Virus record (IMG/VR): IMGVR_UViG_3300046167_000122
Location: 1-35,089 of that record
Length of the DNA stretch: 35,089 nt
Strand: one strand, 5' to 3'
Source: a virus
Taxonomy: Duplodnaviria > Caudoviricetes
Shown: piece after piece, positions 1-9,843 of the stretch
How positions within the stretch are numbered: position 1 is the stretch's first letter
Layout: each line of letters starts with the position of its first letter
Notes under the pieces: model-generated
What the model saw: only the letters and a program-made list of their open reading frames with translations
The model's database searches: none
What the model was told of the DNA's origin: nothing
Program-made: the position numbers and the translations under genes

Positions 1-2
1 AT

Positions 3-2348
3 GCTGGCTAAAAACTCAGCCTCTTGATCACTAAACTGTGTAGCAATGCCGTTTAATGCGTCATCAAATCTGTCATTAAGATCATCAAACCCAGCTTGTA
101 CATCTGTAGTAGTAGCAAAACCAAAGCTATCTACAATACTTGTAACGTCACTTTCTGACAATCCTTCAGGAAAGTCTATGTTAGATATAGCGTTGTTAAC
201 TACATCGCTTACGTCGTCCAGAGATATACCCGCTGGTATACCGTCAATAGCGTCTTGAATTAATTGTTGTACTTCTTCTGAAGTAGCTCCTTCAGGTATA
301 ACAATATTAGAGATAGCATTATTTACAATGTCTTCTACTTGCTCAGGTGTAGCGTAACCTGCTTCTGCTAGTGCTAACGTAAGACGCTCGTCTGTAACAA
401 ATCCTGAGTTAGTAAGGGCAGTAGTAATATCTTCTGGTGTAGCGTAACCTGCTTCTGCTAAATACTGTAGTACTTGCTCTGGTGTAGCAAAACCAGCACC
501 TTGTATTGCCTCATTAACTTGCTCTGTTGTAGCAACACCAGACAACGCCTCTGTTAATTGATCTTGCGTTAAGTAACCTGCATTAGCTAATTCTTGTTGT
601 ATGCGATCAAAGTTTTCTTGTGATAGCGTTACACCGTTAGTTTCAAAGTACTCAGCAATATCTTCCATTGTAGGCATTGCATTGTAGTCAGGCAATGTTT
701 CAACAAAGTTCTGAATGATCTGATTAATCTGATCTTGTTGACCTGTAAACTCTGTATCAAGTTGTTCTAAAAAGTCAGCGAACAAACCTTCAACAACAGA
801 AGTAACATCAGGGTCTGGATTAGGATCAGGATCAGGATCTGGATCAGGCTGTGGGTCTGGATCAGGCTGTGGATCTGGATCAGGCTGTGGGTCTGGATCA
901 GGCTGTGGATCTGGATCAGGCTGTGGGTCTGGATCAGGCTGTGGGTCTGGATCAGGCTGTGGGTCTGGATCAGGCTGTGGATCTGGTTGTTCAATAGGAG
1001 CTTGTTTGACGGGGGTAGGTTCAAAAAACTCACCAATGAAGAAGTCGTACTGAGACTGCTCATCCATGAGATTAAAGTCTCCGGGAATTATACCTCCTTC
1101 TTCTTCAAACCTTTGTGCTAATGCTTTAATAGAATACTGATAAATATCTTCTTCTAGTGCATGAAACGACAGATCATCGACCAACGACTGATACGTACCA
1201 GAATTAATTGTTTCTAGTCCAGTGTTTTCTAACTGCTCTCTGGTGTACTCCCCGTTAAGCTCAAAGTCAATGTCTTCGCTTTCTGCTAACTGAAAGTACT
1301 CATCTGTTTCACTGTTAACAAAGTAGTTGTTACCCCTGTTAGTAAACATAAGGGTAGGGTCTTGTTCTGGTGTTTCTTGACCAAGAGGAAGTTGACTTTC
1401 TGTTGCTGTGCCTGAGTTTACTAGTACGTTACGTGCTGCACCATAAACAGCACTACCTACGTTTTCTGAAAGAATGCCACCCAGCCAATCAGGAATGCCA
1501 GAGGGGAAACTACCTGCTAAAACACCACCAAGAACAGCGCCTGCTTGTGTTGGATCTGTAACGCCTCCTACAACTCCGCCTATAACTTCTTTTACTTTTT
1601 CTTCAATAACATCAGCGGCGGCTGTGCCAGCACCAACAACAATTTCACCAATATCTCGTATTACTTCACCAATGTCGCCTTCTTCCCAAGCTCCTGAAAT
1701 ATCTACTTCAGTAATAATTTCTTCTACTTTTTCTACAGCGTCTTTTATTGTAGGAAGAAAAATAACGCCAGCAGTAGGAAGCCAGTTAGGTAAAGACACC
1801 CCCGGTATATAAGGAACCATTACCCCTAATAAATCTTTTATGTTGCCGCTTTCTAGTACTTGAGGAATGCTCATAGTAACGCCAGCACCGCCACGGATAA
1901 CTATTGTTTGTCCACTGGGACCACCAACAGTAGTAATAGGGCTTGTAGGAGTAGTTCCTACAAAAGACATGGCTGTAGTTTCTAAATATTCGTTAGTCTT
2001 TGTTCCTGTAGGTGCAGGTATGTTTGCAAGATCAGACGGGTTAGTTTCTAGGGTTTCAATAATTCTATCTGCTTCTGCAATAGAAATAGTTTGATCCCAC
2101 CACTCAGTGACACCATCTATGTCACTAAGAAAATCAATTTCAAAAGCAACAAGCTCATCAACAGTAGCTTCACCGTTTGCATAAGCGTTAAATAAACGAG
2201 TTAATGCTTGTGCTTCTTGACCACGGTAAACCCTGTCCATGTCGTCTGAATCTTGATCTTCGTAATAAACACGCAAGTAATTATTAAGAAGCTCCATCCA
2301 CTGGTCGGGACTAAACTCACTATTTTTAAACCAACCACGTTGAGCCAT
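3..2348 (-). CDS. Large acidic virion-arm protein (>782 aa, truncated at window start) with Pro-Asp repeat linker and 15-aa AGYATPEQ-type repeats
   Basis: Absent from the ORF track because it has no stop in the window. Read manually from ATG 2348 (MAQRGWFKNSEFSPDQW...) in one frame to ...DQEAEFLAS at the edge. Function unknown. Confidence 0.85.
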   Translation of the reverse strand, partial: MAQRGWFKNSEFSPDQWMELLNNYLRVYYEDQDSDDMDRVYRGQEAQALTRLFNAYANGEATVDELVAFEIDFLSDIDGVTEWWDQTISIAEADRIIETLETNPSDLANIPAPTGTKTNEYLETTAMSFVGTTPTSPITTVGGPSGQTIVIRGGAGVTMSIPQVLESGNIKDLLGVMVPYIPGVSLPNWLPTAGVIFLPTIKDAVEKVEEIITEVDISGAWEEGDIGEVIRDIGEIVVGAGTAAADVIEEKVKEVIGGVVGGVTDPTQAGAVLGGVLAGSFPSGIPDWLGGILSENVGSAVYGAARNVLVNSGTATESQLPLGQETPEQDPTLMFTNRGNNYFVNSETDEYFQLAESEDIDFELNGEYTREQLENTGLETINSGTYQSLVDDLSFHALEEDIYQYSIKALAQRFEEEGGIIPGDFNLMDEQSQYDFFIGEFFEPTPVKQAPIEQPDPQPDPDPQPDPDPQPDPDPQPDPDPQPDPDPQPDPDPQPDPDPQPDPDPDPDPNPDPDVTSVVEGLFADFLEQLDTEFTGQQDQINQIIQNFVETLPDYNAMPTMEDIAEYFETNGVTLSQENFDRIQQELANAGYLTQDQLTEALSGVATTEQVNEAIQGAGFATPEQVLQYLAEAGYATPEDITTALTNSGFVTDERLTLALAEAGYATPEQVEDIVNNAISNIVIPEGATSEEVQQLIQDAIDGIPAGISLDDVSDVVNNAISNIDFPEGLSESDVTSIVDSFGFATTTDVQAGFDDLNDRFDDALNGIATQFSDQEAEFLAS
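841..984. repeat. 18-bp tandem repeat x8, GGATCAGGCTGTGG(G/A)TCT, encoding (DPQPDP)n on the - strand
   Basis: Eight consecutive units counted directly, with degenerate PD codons continuing to about 808. Confidence 0.95.
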
Positions 2349-2350
2349 AA

Positions 2351-2696
2351 TTATTTCTTCCAGTTAGCCAGACCACGTAGGCCAAACGATGCTGCAACAG
2401 CAGCGCCTAGAAAACCTTTGTACCACTCAGGCATAGAATCTAACGCAGCAAACCCTTGCATAACTACAGGAACCATAGACGGAAAGAACGCAAGTACACA
2501 AGGGACTGAAAACAAAACGGTAAACCATTCGTCTTTCCATGAGTTAGCTGCGTTGTTTGCATGGATGTTTTCCCAGTTAGCGTCCTGCTGTATAGCTACC
2601 ATCTTAGCTTCATGGACAGCCTTCTTCTCTTCTGACTTACGCTGAAAGGTGTCCACCAACAAGATTAACAATAGGGCCAATCAAAGCCTGTATCAT
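2351..2696 (-). CDS. Holin-like membrane protein (3TM GTA-holin type), with an apparent 1-nt insertion at about 2645
   Basis: SWKDEWFTVLFSVP...MPEWY...AAVAASFGLRG pattern. The natural N-terminus MIQALIGPIVNLVGGH joins after removing one base. Confidence 0.7.
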
Positions 2697-2890
2697 CTAG
2701 CAAACTCCAAGATAGCAATAGCCATAGTCACGATAATAGCAATAGAAGCAAAGCCACCTGTCATCATCTTCTCTAGTTTGTCAAAGCGTTGATTGTGTGC
2801 GTCCAGTTGCATCTGAATCATTTCATAACGAATACTACACTCACGCTCATGAGCTTCTAACCGACTTAATGCTTGCTCTAGATCTGACAT
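2693..2890 (-). CDS. Small coiled-coil protein with C-terminal TM segment (XhlA-like, lysis-associated)
   Basis: LEAHERECSIRY motif followed by hydrophobic GGFASIAIIVTMAIAIL; adjacent to the holin-like gene. Confidence 0.65.
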   Translation of the reverse strand: MSDLEQALSRLEAHERECSIRYEMIQMQLDAHNQRFDKLEKMMTGGFASIAIIVTMAIAILEFAR

Positions 2891-2899
2891 GACTATTCC

Positions 2900-3257
2900 T
2901 TACCGCCTTGGTGATCCGACAGTCACCTGTGCATTTAACTTACCTATTTCTACTTCTACTTTATTTAACTGCCTACGTAACTCGTGTATCTCTATGTTGC
3001 GTTCTTCCAGAGCCATAATCTTAGCGTTCTGTATAAGATCGTCTGGTAACGCACCACGTAGACCTAAAGGCCACTCACGAACAAACGCAGAGTTTTCCTA
3101 GTATGTTCATGTTCTGTATTTCTTGGCCGTGTTCAATAGAGATGATACGAGTGTCTAGCGTTACGTAAGCAGTAGTAGCCATAACGATGCCAGCACCAAG
3201 AGCAACTAAATTCCTTAGCGGTATAGATACTTTGGTGTTGTCATCAATCTCAGGCAT
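2900..3257 (-). CDS. N-terminal TM plus coiled-coil protein, with an apparent 1-nt insertion at about 3097
   Basis: MPEIDDNTKVSIPLRNLVALGAGIVMAT... continues as ENSAFVREWPLGLRGALPDDLIQN... after removing one G. Confidence 0.6.
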
Positions 3258-3565
3258 TACCAAGGCATGCCATTAGCAGACACAGGGTTCTTCTGTGCTT
3301 CGATGTTGGCTGTCAGTGCCGCCTCAGTAGCGTCTTGGTCTACTGACTCGTGTACCCATGCCAGTACAGCAGACTCAGTAAGGTCATCGTAAGCTACAAA
3401 GCCGTCAGCATCAGCGTCAGGTGTAAAGCCTACAGTGCCGTATGAGGATGCAGTGAATGTGTCGTCACCAACAGTTTCAGATTCAGTAACACGCCAGTGT
3501 GCAACGGTTACACCCGCCTGTCTGCCACTGTCACGCTCAAGGTTTGCGATAGTCCATGTAGCCAT
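3257..3565 (-). CDS. Conserved phage protein downstream of tail fibre (possible fibre accessory)
   Basis: MATWTIANLER...YDDLTESAVLAWV...GMPW; GGAG RBS; position right after the S74-bearing fibre. Confidence 0.7.
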   Translation of the reverse strand: MATWTIANLERDSGRQAGVTVAHWRVTESETVGDDTFTASSYGTVGFTPDADADGFVAYDDLTESAVLAWVHESVDQDATEAALTANIEAQKNPVSANGMPW

Positions 3566-3579
3566 TAGGTTTCTCCTAG

Positions 3580-5698
3580 TTAAATAGCGGCGATGATAAA
3601 GGCAAGTAGCTCAGAGTAACGCACACCCATTCGTGTACGCTCTTCACTAGTTTCCTCATCAGTCCAAGTTGTTGAAATAAACATTGCGTAGCGTCCAGCG
3701 TCTAAGCCTTCAGCAGTGAATGCATCTTGTAAGTCTTGAGCAATGATGCCGAAGTGAATACGTGCGTCGTCACCCTTGTCTGCTACTGAATCAATCCAAC
3801 GGAACTTGCGTAGCAATCCTTTAGCCGCTACAGCAACACGTTGCTCTGCGTCAGACAGTGCTTCAATGTCTTGCTTTTCGTTGCGGTCAGAGGTTTGGAT
3901 AGTGCCATTAGTGGCGTAAATGTCATCAAAACGTGCAGTGTCTACGCCAAGGTCAATAGCATTATCGCGTTGGCTACCGTCCGATGCGTCCCACTGGAAA
4001 AACAGCATCACTAGGCGCAGAAAAACCAAGCCCAGTGTCACTGGTACCAATATAAATGCGGGAGCTGGCAGTACCAATACTACCGACTGTAGAGCCGTCT
4101 TTATCTAACTTTATAAGCTCACCGTCAGAACTAGTTCGGTTTACACGCAAAGGCTCAGAACCATCACCACGAGTTAAAATTGCCCCAAAGCTACCTAAAC
4201 GACAACCATCAACGGCTACATTAGTGCTAGTTTTACCAACCAGCAAGTTGCCAGAGGCATCTATATCAACGGCTCTTGTAGCACCAGCGAAGAACGCCAA
4301 ATTTCTAGCAGTACCCGCACTGTTTACGTAAGCCGACTGAATGTAGTTGTAGGCACCAGCATCGTTTGTTCCGATATTGATAGCTGTACCGGCTGTACTA
4401 TTATGAACAGTCAAGCCTGTAGTCATGTTGCCGCTACTTGCAGGAGCGCCGTTTGAGTTTATTGACAGCCTGCCAAATGTTGACGTTGTGCCAATACCAA
4501 CATTTCCGCCACTACTAAGCGTCATTTGAGGTGAGTCACCTTCATAACCAGAACGACCTGCGGCAAAGTGAAGGTCTTGCGACCCGTTAGTAGAAGATGC
4601 TTTACCCCACATTCCAACAAAGTGGTCTTCAGCTCCGTCAGGATCGCTGTTGCCAATGAGTAAAGCACCGCATTTGTCACCGACAGCTACAGAAGAATCT
4701 TCTCTAAAAGCGATAATTTCTGAGCCTGTTGGGCTACTGCTTACAAGTTGTTTACCAAGTAAAACACCTGTCGGAACGCCAGTAATTCCGTGTAGCAAGT
4801 TGCCGCTAGAGTCGATGCGCATGCGTTCTGTGCCGTTATTAAAAAATATCGTAGGAAGTGTTGCGCTAGTGTTGGCAATAGTAAATCCACCAGCGTCAGC
4901 TAGAATATAGTTTTCGCTAGAACCATTTTTACCAAAGGCAAGTATTGAACTATTGCTTCCGTTTAAAGAAAGCGACACTCTTCCTGATGCTGTAAAGAAA
5001 GGCGAACTAGTACCTATTCCAACATTCCCGCTAGCATCTATACGCATGCGTTCTGCGTTAGCTGTGTAATCAAAAAACTTTAACGAACTGCCGCCGTTTT
5101 GTATTCCGAATATCTTGCTAGTGTTTGTGTCGTTAAAAACAACCCCAATATTTACAGACGCGCTAGAGCCTTGAATATTTAATAAGTTTGAGTCAGTAAT
5201 TGTAGAGCCACCAATACCCAACGACTCCGCAGAAGCATCCCAGAAGAACTTCGCAGTCGTGCCAGTGTCTTCGTAGAAGCTAATGTCGCCGTTAACATCA
5301 AACAAAGCTGTCTTTGTTGCACTACTGCCTCGTGCGATAAGTGTTGCATCAACGCCACCAGTAGCTCCAGAATCATTTGTGTCAGATACAAGAACTATGC
5401 CATTGCCGTTTTTAAACTCAAAAGCATTTCCAAAAATAGTGTCTCCAGTTGTAATAACACCAGAAAATCCAGCAGATGTTGGAATGCTAATTTGGTCGCC
5501 TTCTGAGCCTAACGTCAAACCATCAGCAGTCACTGTGCCAGTAGTAATACTTGTAGGATTAGTACCTACTTCGATAACAGTACCGCTTGAGTTTTCTGTA
5601 TACAGACGCTTGTTAGTCAGATCTAATGCGGGTTCACCTTGAACAAGATCCCCAGACGTTGGTGCGCCAGAACCATTCTTAAGTTTAATCGTGGTCAT
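3580..5698 (-). CDS. Tail fibre/receptor-binding protein with C-terminal intramolecular chaperone (peptidase S74), with an apparent 1-nt insertion at about 3991
   Basis: N-terminal IKLKNGSGAP...GEPALDLTNKRLY module, ERMRIDxSGNVGIG repeats, and C-terminal TSDRNEKQDI...HFGIIAQDL...GVRYSELL in the next frame. Confidence 0.85.
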
Positions 5699-6958
5699 TA
5701 ATAAGTTCCCCCGTCAATCGTTGACAGTGTAGTTGCAATGGATGTTGTACCAGAGCCTGTGATAGCTCCAGTCAGAGTAATGGTTTCGTTGCCAGTTAGA
5801 TAACCAGCACTAGCATGGTTGCCCCAGCCGTATGCAGTATCCCACTGACCTACCTTAACGTCAGTGATGACATTAGTACCCATGTCAATGGTGTTGCCGT
5901 TAGCGTCCAACGTACCACCTAGCTGTGGTGTAGAATCGTTAACAAGATTAGGATTAATTGAATCCCAGTTAGTACCGTCGTAAATTCTTGTACTATTATC
6001 AGTAGTGTTAAAGTACCAATCACCTACAGTTACTGGATCGCCGTTAAGATCAACAGTAGGATTAGAAGACAGTGCACCTAGATATAAACCATCAATAGAT
6101 TCTTGAGCAGCCTCTGCAGCCGTCTGAGCAGCCTCTGCAGCCGTTTGTGCAGTTTGTGCTGCAGTAGCACTGGTAGCTGCGTTTGTGGCTGAGGTGGACG
6201 CTGAGGAGGCGCTAGAGGCAGCGTTAGTTTCACTAGGTTGAAGCGTTGCTTTCAGAAGTAGCTGCATTAGTTGCACTAGTAGACGCAGCAGTTGCTTGAG
6301 TCGTAGCAGTCGTAGCAGATCCTGATGCAGACGTAGCAGAACTAGCTGCATTAGTAGCACTGGTTGCTGCATTGGTAGCAGACGTTGCTGCGTTAGTCTC
6401 TGATGTAGATGCGTTTGTTTCAGAAGTTGCTGCATTAGTTGCACTAGTAGACGCATTACTTTCACTGGTAGCAGCGTTACTGGCTGACGTTGATGCTGCA
6501 CTAGCCTGAGCCGTAGCCGTTGTAGCCTGAGCTGTGGCTGTTGTAGCTGATCCAGCAGCACTGGTTGCACTAGACGCAGCCGCCGTAGCAGAAGCAGCAG
6601 CGTTTGTCTCTGCAGTCTCTGCATTAGTTTCTGCAGTTTCAGCGTTAGTCTCTGCTAGTTCAGCCGCTGTCTGTGCAGTCTCTGATGCTGTCTGTGCAGT
6701 CTCTGATGCTGTCTTAGCTGTCTCTGCGGCAGTTTGCGCTGTCTGTGCTGCAGATGCTGCATTAGACGCTGTTGTTGCATCAGCCGATACAGAGGCTTCA
6801 GAACTTGCTGCGTTGCTTGCTGAAGTTGCCGCTGCTGCTGCAGAAGCACTTGCTTCATTTGCTTTAGTAGTGGCAGTCTGTGCGCTAGTAGCTACTTCTG
6901 AGGCATAAGCATCTGTACTTGCATCACCAGAACCGCCTGTTCCACGAAATATAGGCAT
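5698..6958 (-). CDS. Ala/Thr/Ser-rich coiled-coil tail fibre (Stf-like shaft) ending in IDGGTY, with an apparent 1-nt insertion at about 6236
   Basis: Heptad-like ASTSETN/AATSATN repeats in ORF 6233..6958 continue in the frame of ORF 5698..6624; GDWYFNTTDNSTRIYDGTNW motif. Confidence 0.8.
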
Positions 6959-6972
6959 TAACTACTCCTACT

Positions 6973-7005
6973 AAAGAAAAAGAAAAGGGGCCATTGCTGA
7001 CCCCC
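6973..7005 (-). terminator. Intrinsic terminator after the capsid gene
   Basis: GGGGTCA-GCAA-TGGCCCC followed by TTTTCTTTTTCTTT on the - strand. Confidence 0.85.
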
Positions 7006-7014
7006 GTAATTGAC

Positions 7015-7990
7015 TTAGGCGTCGTAAACGGCCAAGACAAGTCCAGCTTCTGGACGGTATACCTGAACACCGTAAAGAGTGTCGGCAGTGTACAGCGTTG
7101 AGAGGTACTCTTGCTTGTACTGAGTTTGTGAACGTACAGACATTTGCTCTGCATGAACGATAGCGTCCTTTTGCATAAGGATACAACCACGTACATTAGA
7201 CTCAAGTGTTGGGCAGTTAGATGAAACGTAAACATCTACGCCATACAAGTTACCGATGAGACCAGTGTTAACAGTTTGTCCTGATACAAAGTCAGAAGAC
7301 GAGAATCGCTCAGTGCCCATGATGGTGTTACGTACTACTGGAGGAACGATAATGCAACGTCCGTCCATTGGTACATCAGCATCATCCAACAACTGGATAG
7401 CTTGACGGAAGCCAGCGTCAGTAAAGACATCACCAGAAGCTACAGTTGAAGCAGCAAAAGCTGTTAGTGGAGTACCACCACCAGAAGCAGCGTCAAAGTA
7501 GTAGCTGTTACTGTTAACCCAGTCAGCGCCAGAAGGAGCAGCAAGATCAAGAGTACCGTCACCAAAACCAGTACCAGCATTCATAAGGTCAGTGTCAACC
7601 TTAAGAGCCAACTGATAACCAGCGTCTTCAGTGTAGAACTGACGGAGGCTGTTAAGTGCTTGTACTTCTACGATGTCTTCAATGAAACGTGAGTACTCGA
7701 AGTGACGATCAACAGAAATCTGCAATTCGCCTTCTACGTTTGCTTGGATGTTGACAGCAGTGTCAGCAACCTTAGCAGAAGCAGCGCCACGGATAGGCTT
7801 AGGGATATGAATTACATCGCCCTTCTTGCCTGTCATTGGAAGCTTCTTAACCAGAGGAGCCATCTTAAGGTTCTTCTGATAGGCAGGCAATTACTTCGTC
7901 ACTCCAGATTTCTGGAATAAAAGTTGCTGCTGCTGTTTTGTTGACGATACTTCCGCCGCCAACTGTACCGGGATAAGTTTGAGTAGCCAT
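7015..7990 (-). CDS. Major capsid protein, with an apparent 1-nt insertion at about 7886
   Basis: True start MATQTYPG...FIPEIWSDEV at 7990 with GGAG RBS; GDVIHIP and ADTLYGVQVYRPE motifs; follows scaffold and precedes terminator. Confidence 0.9.
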
Positions 7991-8004
7991 TGTAATCTCC
8001 TAGA

Positions 8005-8808
8005 TTATTTTACTCGACCCTCCGCATACGCTGCCATAATTTCATCGGCTAATGCTGTATAACGGTCTGGGTCTGTTCTCATAAGTTTAATAATGTCGGC
8101 CCGACGATATATCTTTTTTCTTGTTCCTTGGCTACTTCCTCGTGCATTACCTGTACTAGCTGCTTTTAGTGTTTGCTTACGTGCCTGTTTTTCAACATTG
8201 GCAGTTTGCTGCGTTACTGCTTTACGTTCTTTCCAAAGCGTAAATAGTTCATCAGCAGAGTCAGCATCATACTGTTGGTCAGCCGCTACAAATAATTGAG
8301 TCCTAATCTTAGATGCTTTAATCCACTCTGCAAACTTAGGGTCTCCAAGAATATCTTGCATATCTGGATGTTTAGATTGTAGCGTTGCAAGGGACGACTG
8401 CTTTTTATACTGCTCAGTGTATTGCTCTGCTTCTCTAATTTTAGGATGATTCTCAATTGCACGATTAACAGCACCTTGCGGATCAGTGAAGTAATCTATA
8501 TCATCTTCAGGCTCAACAATTTGTTGAGGTGCTTGAGTAGGTGTTTGATTAGCAATATAATCATCCACCACTTTACGAAGTTCCCCTACCTCACCGGACT
8601 GACGACCTAAAAGCTTTTCAGCTTCTTGGTGCATTTGTACGACTTCTTCCAGTGACTTACCTTGGTATTTTTCTGGAATGGTAGACTGCTCTTGAGGTTG
8701 TTCAGTTACTTCTTCTTCTGATTCGTACTGAGTCTCAGTCACTTCTTCGTTTATATCGTCCGCGTTTTCCACTTCGGGTTGCGGGTCAACTAATGTTGCT
8801 CTTGACAT
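8005..8808 (-). CDS. Capsid scaffolding protein
   Basis: Acidic N-terminus, IPEKYQGKS...EVGELRK, C-terminal IMAAYAEGRVK; directly upstream of the capsid gene. Confidence 0.8.
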   Translation of the reverse strand: MSRATLVDPQPEVENADDINEEVTETQYESEEEVTEQPQEQSTIPEKYQGKSLEEVVQMHQEAEKLLGRQSGEVGELRKVVDDYIANQTPTQAPQQIVEPEDDIDYFTDPQGAVNRAIENHPKIREAEQYTEQYKKQSSLATLQSKHPDMQDILGDPKFAEWIKASKIRTQLFVAADQQYDADSADELFTLWKERKAVTQQTANVEKQARKQTLKAASTGNARGSSQGTRKKIYRRADIIKLMRTDPDRYTALADEIMAAYAEGRVK

Positions 8809-8840
8809 TACTAATCTCCGTGATTATAATCATTATGGAG

Positions 8841-9053
8841 TTATTGTTTATTACCTGCTTTTTCGTGTTCCTTAACCCATTTCATATGTGCTCCGGGGAA
8901 TGAACCATCGGAACCATTAAGGTAGAAAGACGGGGCAGATACCATTTTTGTAGCGTTGGCACCGCAACCGCACCTACTGGTTGTAGTACCATCTTTTACA
9001 AATTCTTCAAAGACGTGCCCGTTAGTGCAACGGAAGTCATATACTTTAAACAT
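8841..9053 (-). CDS. FmdB-like zinc-ribbon protein
   Basis: YDFRCTNGHVFE...CGCG...KMVSAP. Confidence 0.7.
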   Translation of the reverse strand: MFKVYDFRCTNGHVFEEFVKDGTTTSRCGCGANATKMVSAPSFYLNGSDGSFPGAHMKWVKEHEKAGNKQ

Positions 9054-9300
9054 TTACAGGGTCTTCATCTTCAGCTTCTGCTTGATCGCGAGCAGCTTCA
9101 ATAGTTCCTTGTAGATTTATGACGGTAGCAAAAGCAGCGACCTGACCTTTACGAAAATGTAAATCTTCTAGGTCTTTAACGGTTTGTATATCTGCTAGTT
9201 GCTGTGCGTTAGTGGAAAGTTCGTGTACGAGTTGTTTGAAACCTTCGTGGTTGAAGAGTTCATTATAATTATTGAAGTAAGTTTCAAGCTCGGGGGTCAT
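9046..9300 (-). CDS. Conserved phage hypothetical protein (head-assembly region)
   Basis: GAGG RBS; first gene after the 9360 promoter; LHFRKGQ motif. Confidence 0.7.
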   Translation of the reverse strand: MTPELETYFNNYNELFNHEGFKQLVHELSTNAQQLADIQTVKDLEDLHFRKGQVAAFATVINLQGTIEAARDQAEAEDEDPVNV

Positions 9301-9331
9301 GATTTCCTCTGTTATTATATTATATAGTTAT

Positions 9332-9360
9332 ATTATAACACACTTTTATGCATTTGTCAA
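9332..9360 (-). promoter_or_regulatory. Consensus sigma70 promoter for the scaffold/capsid block
   Basis: TTGACA-17-TATAAT with extended -10 TG. Confidence 0.85.
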
Positions 9361-9629
9361 GCGTTTCTTGTGGTTTTTCTTCTACGTCCTGATGCTGTTA
9401 CTGCGTGTGCTACTCTTGCTGGTCCTGTTTTTCTTCGTGCTGATGAAGCTTTTTCAGCTTTAGTCATTTTAGCTGCTACAGCTTTAGGTCTACAAGAAGG
9501 ATAAGGACGTTTAGATTTACCTTTTTTTGCAGACTTACGACCACAAGGTTTACCTGTCTTAACGTCTACCCACTCCTCATTAAACCATTTCTTAAGAGCA
9601 GCGCCCTTTTTACTTTTTCTTACGGCCAC
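9357..9629 (-). CDS. Small Lys/Arg-rich protein
   Basis: LKKWFNEEWVDV...CGR...YPSCRP pattern familiar from aquatic viruses. Confidence 0.7.
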   Translation of the reverse strand: MAVRKSKKGAALKKWFNEEWVDVKTGKPCGRKSAKKGKSKRPYPSCRPKAVAAKMTKAEKASSARRKTGPARVAHAVTASGRRRKTTRNA

Positions 9630-9768
9630 TTTTATTACCCCAGTTCTTAGCGCCGACTTTGCGGCATTTAGCTACAGCACCGGAAGCGTATGCAGAAGGC
9701 CAGACTTTGTATCTAGACTTGACCTTTTTTGCACAAGCGTCGTTAGCTTTTTTTCTTTTTGCAGCCAC
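9610..9768 (-). CDS. 52-aa basic protein (WPSAYASGA motif)
   Basis: Manual ORF: GTG start after GAGG, DACAKKVKSRYKVWPSAYASGAVAKCRK. Confidence 0.7.
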   Translation of the reverse strand: MAAKRKKANDACAKKVKSRYKVWPSAYASGAVAKCRKVGAKNWGNKSGRKKK

Positions 9769-9841
9769 AACTACCTCGCTTCTTTTTCTTTGCTGGTGGG
9801 CGTCCTACTTTATTTCCATATGTTCCTTTTCCGTACGGCAT
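9743..9841 (-). CDS. 32-aa basic micro-protein
   Basis: Manual ORF MPYGKGTYGNKVGRPPAKKKKRGSCGCKKKKS with AAGGAG RBS. Confidence 0.65.
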   Translation of the reverse strand: MPYGKGTYGNKVGRPPAKKKKRGSCGCKKKKS

Positions 9842-9843
9842 AA

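Noticed and set aside
841-984. Possible CRISPR array
   Set aside because: Units are contiguous with no spacers and are in frame in a coding sequence; no cas genes
46-2645. + strand ORFs and the 767..1063 ORF from the track
   Set aside because: Antisense or alternate-frame shadows of the long - strand gene and the holin; no RBS
3505-3535. Odd peptide DSGRQAG in the 102-aa protein
   Set aside because: Can be read as DVADGG with three compensating insertions; likely sequencing noise
3974-4077. Programmed frameshift producing fibre plus chaperone
   Set aside because: S74 chaperones are normally in-frame C-terminal domains, and the break fits the genome-wide single-insertion pattern
5698-6624. 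Leu/Gln-rich N-terminus of the 308-aa ORF as a separate protein
   Set aside because: It is the out-of-frame reading of the Ala/Thr repeat fibre; only the part downstream of the break at about 6236 is real
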